A DNA stretch of 28,061 bases from a virus. Lineage: Duplodnaviria > Heunggongvirae > Uroviricota > Caudoviricetes. The DNA lies in IMG/VR virus record IMGVR_UViG_3300036956_000151; one strand, given 5' to 3'. The notes beneath the pieces were generated by a model. The model saw only the letters and a program-made list of their open reading frames with translations. It was not told the origin of the DNA and did not search any database. This document shows positions 24,246 to 28,061 of the stretch, piece after piece. Position 1 is the stretch's first letter, and every line of letters starts with the position of its first letter. Position numbers and translations under genes: made by a program.

Positions 24246-25001
24246 TCAAAGGAGCGCGGTTAGCTCGCTCCAACGGTCATCCCATTCGGGGAAATTCCGG
24301 CTAATGACGATGCGAGCGGCGCTCTTGGTGAGAAAGCCCTTGCTCACCATACAAAAAGCGAACTGAGCGGGGTCCCATAGTGCCGGCCGGCCTCCCCCTC
24401 GTCCTGGCGTGTATTCCCTGGCGGTCTTCATCCACCCCGGGCAATCAGAAATTGTTCGGGACCAATTCTCTGGCCTGGTGCTCTTGGGGTGTGGAAAAGC
24501 TTCCGACAGCTGTTTGGATGTTACGAGGCTGTGAGGGGGTGGCGATGCAGCGGGGATGCTTGGATTTAGCTCCTCAGGAGCGCTCCCCTGTCGGTCATTC
24601 GTACCAAGATCACTTCTCCGAACGAAAAGCCCCGTTCGCGTCACGACTGGCATTGGAATTACCTTCCCGTCGCCGCCCTTCTCCCAGCACGGCGCCCAAT
24701 ACGCCCCGTCCTTGTCTGGACGGGTGAAGGCGGGAACGTCGGTTCCGACTTCCCCATTCAGTGCACTCGCCAAGTCACGGCGGCTGACGGGAATGTAGAT
24801 GAAGTGCTTGCGCTGCGGCTCCTCGCTGAGCTTGACGATGGTTCCGTCAGGATTCGCACGGAGACGCACAGCCTGCCTATCCTCCCCGAGGAGAAAGTAG
24901 ACGCGCAACTGGCCTTCCAGGCCTGCTGCGATCAGGGAATCTTCTGAACAACAAAAGGTCTTGGCGGCTTCCGATAGTCGGATGTATTCGGGTTCAAACA
25001 T
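24246..25001 (-). CDS. Hypothetical protein, 251 aa; syntenic with the element A 197-aa protein and shares its GGRPA motif; internal ATG chosen because the upstream DNA is conserved module 2
   Basis: GGAG SD; module 2 immediately upstream. Confidence 0.6.
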   Translation of the reverse strand: MFEPEYIRLSEAAKTFCCSEDSLIAAGLEGQLRVYFLLGEDRQAVRLRANPDGTIVKLSEEPQRKHFIYIPVSRRDLASALNGEVGTDVPAFTRPDKDGAYWAPCWEKGGDGKVIPMPVVTRTGLFVRRSDLGTNDRQGSAPEELNPSIPAASPPPHSLVTSKQLSEAFPHPKSTRPENWSRTISDCPGWMKTAREYTPGRGGGRPALWDPAQFAFCMVSKGFLTKSAARIVISRNFPEWDDRWSELTALL

Positions 25002-25027
25002 TCTCGCGCTCCATCTGCGCACCCATC

Positions 25028-25104
25028 GAAAAAGGCACCGCGCCAGCGGGGCGATGGAATCCCCGTTTTCGGTTGGCCGACCTAGGCGCGGTGGTGGTGC
25101 TCGG
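25028..25104. terminator. Conserved nested-hairpin element (module 2), element B copy
   Basis: Outer stem CACCGCGCC/GGCGCGGTG, inner CGGGG-N9-CCCCG plus T4. Confidence 0.45.
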
Positions 25105-25359
25105 TCAGCTACGGTTCCGACGTGCAGCCTCGATGCCGGCCCGCAGTTCTTCGTCCGTGGCCGGGCGGTCGTCCTCGTCCTTACCGTCCCATACAAAGTG
25201 CTTTTCCGGAGAGATATTGCGGACCGCCGTAGCCAGTTCCTTACGCTGCTGTTCAGCCAGGGCAGAGAGCTCGTTGGCCTTCCGAAATGCCGGGTCGCCC
25301 TTGCTGGCTTCCTCGGCATAAGCGCGAGGGTCGAAGGAGCCGGGTTTGTAGTCGCTCAT
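25105..25359 (-). CDS. Hypothetical protein, 84 aa, charged; third gene coupled to the HigBA pair
   Basis: Strong SD GGAGAGGAG; begins about 20 nt after the antitoxin stop. Confidence 0.6.
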   Translation of the reverse strand: MSDYKPGSFDPRAYAEEASKGDPAFRKANELSALAEQQRKELATAVRNISPEKHFVWDGKDEDDRPATDEELRAGIEAARRNRS

Positions 25360-25381
25360 GGTTCGCTCCTCTCCTGCTCGG

Positions 25382-25690
25382 TCAGGCAGCTTCCGCGTGC
25401 ATTGGCCGAATCTCTCGTGCCACCTTCTCGCCTATTGCCGCCTCGGCCTGCTTCAGGTCAAAGGCTGTTTGCAGATTCATCCAGAATTGCGGCGTGGTGT
25501 CGAAGTAGCGGGCGAGGCGCAGGGCAGTGTCAGGCGTCACCGCCCGGCGCTCGCGCACGATGTCGTTAATGCGCGGGGCAGGAACGTGCAAATCCATTGC
25601 CAGGGCGTTGGCGCTGAGTCCAAGCGGCAGCAGGTATTCTTCCCGCAGAATCTCGCCCGGATGAATGGGGCGCATATTGTTCGTAGCCAT
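25382..25690 (-). CDS. higA: HigA-family antitoxin (XRE-type HTH), 102 aa
   Basis: IHPGEILREEYLLPLGLSANALAMDLHVPAPRINDIVRERRAVTPDTALRLARYF; GAGGGA SD. Confidence 0.8.
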   Translation of the reverse strand: MATNNMRPIHPGEILREEYLLPLGLSANALAMDLHVPAPRINDIVRERRAVTPDTALRLARYFDTTPQFWMNLQTAFDLKQAEAAIGEKVAREIRPMHAEAA

Positions 25691-25701
25691 GTTCAAATCC
25701 C

Positions 25702-25983
25702 TCAGTGGTAATCCACGATTTCGACGCCCTCCGGCCCCGTAGCCGTCCAAACGAAGCACACGCGCCACTGGTCATTGATGCGGATGCTGTGCTGTCCGGC
25801 TCGGTTCCCACTGAGCGCTTCGAGACGATTGCCCGGGGGCGAGCGCAAGTCCTTCAGCTCTTCGGCAGCATCAAGCATTTGCAGTTTTCGCTCTGCGACA
25901 GCTTCAATGTTCCGGAATCGCTTCGGGTGCAGCCCTTCGTAAAGGGCTTCGGTGTCTTCGCACCGAAATGAACGGATCGTCAT
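25702..25983 (-). CDS. higB: HigB killer-protein toxin (RelE/ParE superfamily), 93 aa
   Basis: MTIRSFRCEDTEALYEG...PPGNRLEALSGNRAGQHSIRINDQWRVCFVWTATGPEGVEIVDYH. Confidence 0.85.
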   Translation of the reverse strand: MTIRSFRCEDTEALYEGLHPKRFRNIEAVAERKLQMLDAAEELKDLRSPPGNRLEALSGNRAGQHSIRINDQWRVCFVWTATGPEGVEIVDYH

Positions 25984-26007
25984 GGTCTCAGAATAGAACG
26001 CGTTACG

Positions 26008-26026
26008 TTTAACGTCAATCGTTAAA
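26008..26026. promoter_or_regulatory. Inverted repeat TTTAACG-N5-CGTTAAA upstream of the toxin gene; likely TA operator
   Basis: Between toxin start (25983) and integrase stop (26041); same placement as in element A. Confidence 0.35.
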
Positions 26027-26040
26027 GTTGTAAATGGAGG

Positions 26041-27369
26041 TTACTTGACGGCCCTGAGGACTGTCGCGGCCCCCTCTGTCGGCTGCTCGATGCCGGCCTG
26101 TTCCAGAATCCACGCCTCAATCTTGATGTGCCACATACGTAGCAGGTCGAGGGGCCGGCGGCGGTAGTGCTTTTCAGCCAGCGCAGACGGCTTGTGCCCT
26201 TGAATCTGCGCCACCACGCCCACCGGGCATTCCACCCATTCGGACAGGGTGCCGAAGGAGCGGCGCAAGTCATGCAGTGAGAACGGCGGCAGGCCGGCGG
26301 CTTCCATCGCGTTCTTGTGGGGCTTGAGCGGCTCCTGGAGGCGGCCAGATGCCGCGGAGGGGCTGGAGAACACCCACTCATTGCGGCGCGGCAGGGCTGC
26401 CAGCAAGGCCGCAACATAGGGCGTCAGCGGGATGATGCGCTGCCCTTCCACTTTGTCCCGGATGGTCAGGGACTTCCATTGAAAATCGATGCAATCCCAC
26501 GTCAGGCCGGCGAGCTCTTCGCGGCGGGCTCCGGTAAGCAGCAGGGTTTGCAGGTAGGCCACGTGCACCGGATTGCCCAGCTTCCTGACGTGCTCGAACC
26601 ACAGCGGCAACTGCTCCCGCTGCAGGCTGTCGCCCTTGGCTCTGGCCGCCTGCACCTGGTCCCGCACTTCGCTGGTACGGCAGGCGTCGGCCCGGACAAG
26701 GCCGGCATACTCGGGCCGCTCGGCACACCAGCCAAGGAAGGCCCGCACCAAGCGGAAGTTCTTCGCTGCTTCGGTGGCCCCCCGGACGTTGTTCGCCTGC
26801 ATCCAGGCCGTTATGCACGCCGGCGTCAGGTCGATCAGGCAGACCGCCAGCAGCGGATGAACCATGCCCTGCAATGAGAACTCGCCCTGCCCCTTCTTGC
26901 GGCCTCGCGTGATGCGCTCGCCACCGGGCTTGATGGCCTTCTCGTGGTCCCGCTTGGACGATTCGCCCCACTTGTGGGAGCGGGCGGCAACGTAGGCGGC
27001 CCACGCCTCGCCAACGGTCACGGACTGGCGGCGCTGCTCTTCCTGCCCTGCCACCACTGCGGCCTTCTTGGCCTCCACTGCGGCCAGCTTGTCGGCTTTC
27101 TCCTGCCGGGGATCGGTGCCCTGGTCGACAACGGTTTGCAACCGGCGAGCTTCGGCGCGGGCATCGTCCAGGTTCCACGCCCGCACGTCGCCGATGGTTA
27201 CGCGGATTGTTTGCCGGTTTAGCTTGGCCTCGAAGATGAACGACTTCGCGCCCGTGGTCGCACGCACAGCGAGGCGCGGCGCGTCGGTGTCCCAGAGGAA
27301 GGATTGCTTGGCGTCGGCGGGGCAGGAGAAGCGGCGGATTCGGTCGGGCGTGAGGCGTTCGCGTTGCAT
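26041..27369 (-). CDS. int: Tyrosine recombinase, P4-type integrase (element B), 442 aa
   Basis: Collinear with the element A integrase with long identical stretches (HDLRRSFGT, VGVVAQIQGHKPSALAEKHYRRRPLDLL); GGAG SD; adjacent to att copy 3. Confidence 0.9.
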   Translation of the reverse strand: MQRERLTPDRIRRFSCPADAKQSFLWDTDAPRLAVRATTGAKSFIFEAKLNRQTIRVTIGDVRAWNLDDARAEARRLQTVVDQGTDPRQEKADKLAAVEAKKAAVVAGQEEQRRQSVTVGEAWAAYVAARSHKWGESSKRDHEKAIKPGGERITRGRKKGQGEFSLQGMVHPLLAVCLIDLTPACITAWMQANNVRGATEAAKNFRLVRAFLGWCAERPEYAGLVRADACRTSEVRDQVQAARAKGDSLQREQLPLWFEHVRKLGNPVHVAYLQTLLLTGARREELAGLTWDCIDFQWKSLTIRDKVEGQRIIPLTPYVAALLAALPRRNEWVFSSPSAASGRLQEPLKPHKNAMEAAGLPPFSLHDLRRSFGTLSEWVECPVGVVAQIQGHKPSALAEKHYRRRPLDLLRMWHIKIEAWILEQAGIEQPTEGAATVLRAVK

Positions 27370-27388
27370 GGTGACGGGCTCCGAATTT

Positions 27389-27425
27389 GGCTACACAGAC
27401 AGCCCATGTAGCCACGGTGTAGCCA
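27389..27425. promoter_or_regulatory. Three GTAGCCA-type repeats (one inverted) upstream of the element B integrase; candidate arm-type sites
   Basis: GGCTACAC (inverted), TGTAGCCA, TGTAGCCA; matches the left-end pair at 12511-12529. Confidence 0.4.
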
Positions 27426-27554
27426 AATTCTACCTATGCGCGTCTATTTTTGTCTATTCAACAAAACTGCAAAACAACTGGGAACCCAGTATTTACGAGG
27501 GTTTCGCGGTGTTTTGTCGTTTCCTGTCTATGCCTATAAAGCCCGTATTTTTGC

Positions 27555-27660
27555 CGACTCATAATCGCTTGGTCGCTGGTTCAAGTCCAGCACGGCCCAC
27601 CAATAGCATCAAGCACTTAGGCCAGCCTCACGAGGGCTGGCCTTTTGCTTTCCGGCGCCG
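27555..27660 (+). repeat. att direct repeat copy 3 (right end of element B); tRNA 3' half plus terminator, a few substitutions after CCA
   Basis: Same 46-nt tRNA 3' segment and terminator; shares the tail CGGCGCCG with copy 2. Confidence 0.85.
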
Positions 27661-27828
27661 GCATCCGGGAATGACAATAAAATTCTGCAGCGCAACCTGA
27701 ACCATCCAGAACGGCTGCAAAAAGTATGATGCAGCGCCGCAATCCATCACCTATAAAGGAGCATGTACCCGGGTTCGGCGCACTTCGCCCGGCCCCATTC
27801 TCACGACGCTGACATCCCGGAGAATTTC

Positions 27829-28061
27829 ATGCCTGCCTGCACTCATCCCACCCTGCGTCGACAGTTGGCGCGCTGCCTCACTCTCGGTGCGCTGACAGGC
27901 ACCTTCATCGGCCTCGGCGTGCTTCCGGCCTACGCAGCACCGCCCCTGCCCGCCCTGAACATCGACATCAGCCAGACCTCCATCTCCGGTATTTCGTCCG
28001 GTGGCTTCATGAGCGTGCAATTCCAGGTGGCGCACTCGTCCATCATCAAGGGCGCCGGGGT
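27829..28061 (+). CDS. Secreted esterase/PHB-depolymerase-like protein, 5' part only (runs off the window); core gene
   Basis: GGAGAA SD; signal-peptide-like N-terminus ending in AYAAP; GISSGGFM serine-hydrolase-like motif. Confidence 0.55.
   Translation, partial: MPACTHPTLRRQLARCLTLGALTGTFIGLGVLPAYAAPPLPALNIDISQTSISGISSGGFMSVQFQVAHSSIIKGAG

Larger units (their letters stand above)
12503..27660. mobile_element. Element B: ~15-kb integrative element sharing architecture with A (integrase, HigBA, helicase-type replication module, AlpA/XRE regulators, unknown cargo operons)
   Basis: Bounded by att copies 2 and 3; integrase at right end. Confidence 0.75.

Noticed and set aside
24999-25319. Long N-terminal extension of the 252-aa ORF (track start 25319)
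   Set aside because: It would run through conserved module 2 and overlap the 84-aa gene; the internal ATG at 25001 has a GGAG SD and matches the layout of element A.
1-28061. Transposases, IS elements or integron features
   Set aside because: No transposase-like ORF or terminal inverted repeats were found; mobility is explained by the two tyrosine integrases and att repeats.

Overview
High-GC proteobacterial chromosome segment. The core sigma-70 gene rpoD (15-1892) is followed 9 bp later by a tRNA with a CAU anticodon (1902-1978, tRNA-Ile2/ileX-like) and its terminator. Two related mobile elements are integrated in tandem downstream of this tRNA. Each is bounded by a ~96-bp direct repeat of the tRNA 3' half plus terminator (copies at 1933-2028, 12407-12502, 27555-27660) and each ends in a ~440-aa P4-type tyrosine integrase (10926-12242 and 26041-27369; clearly homologous, roughly 80-85% identical by eye). 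Element A (~2.03-12.5 kb) carries a truncated Rha-like ORF, a small acidic protein, a low-GC lipoprotein, a repeat-dense ~1 kb block that may be an origin, a primase-helicase operon with three coupled small genes, a 197-aa protein and two tandem HigB/HigA toxin-antitoxin pairs. Element B (~12.5-27.7 kb) carries a decayed Rha-like ORF, AlpA and XRE regulators, several coupled operons of unrecognised proteins (including a 55-aa Gly-rich peptide next to a 301-aa glycine-zipper protein), a KilA-N protein, a helicase-based replication module and one HigB/HigA pair with a coupled third gene. The two elements share gene order and two conserved non-coding modules. Almost all island genes are on the minus strand. 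Core sequence resumes after ~27660 with the 5' end of a secreted esterase-like gene. No rRNA, CRISPR array or transposase was seen. All calls are from reading the sequence and remembered family signatures; no searches were run.
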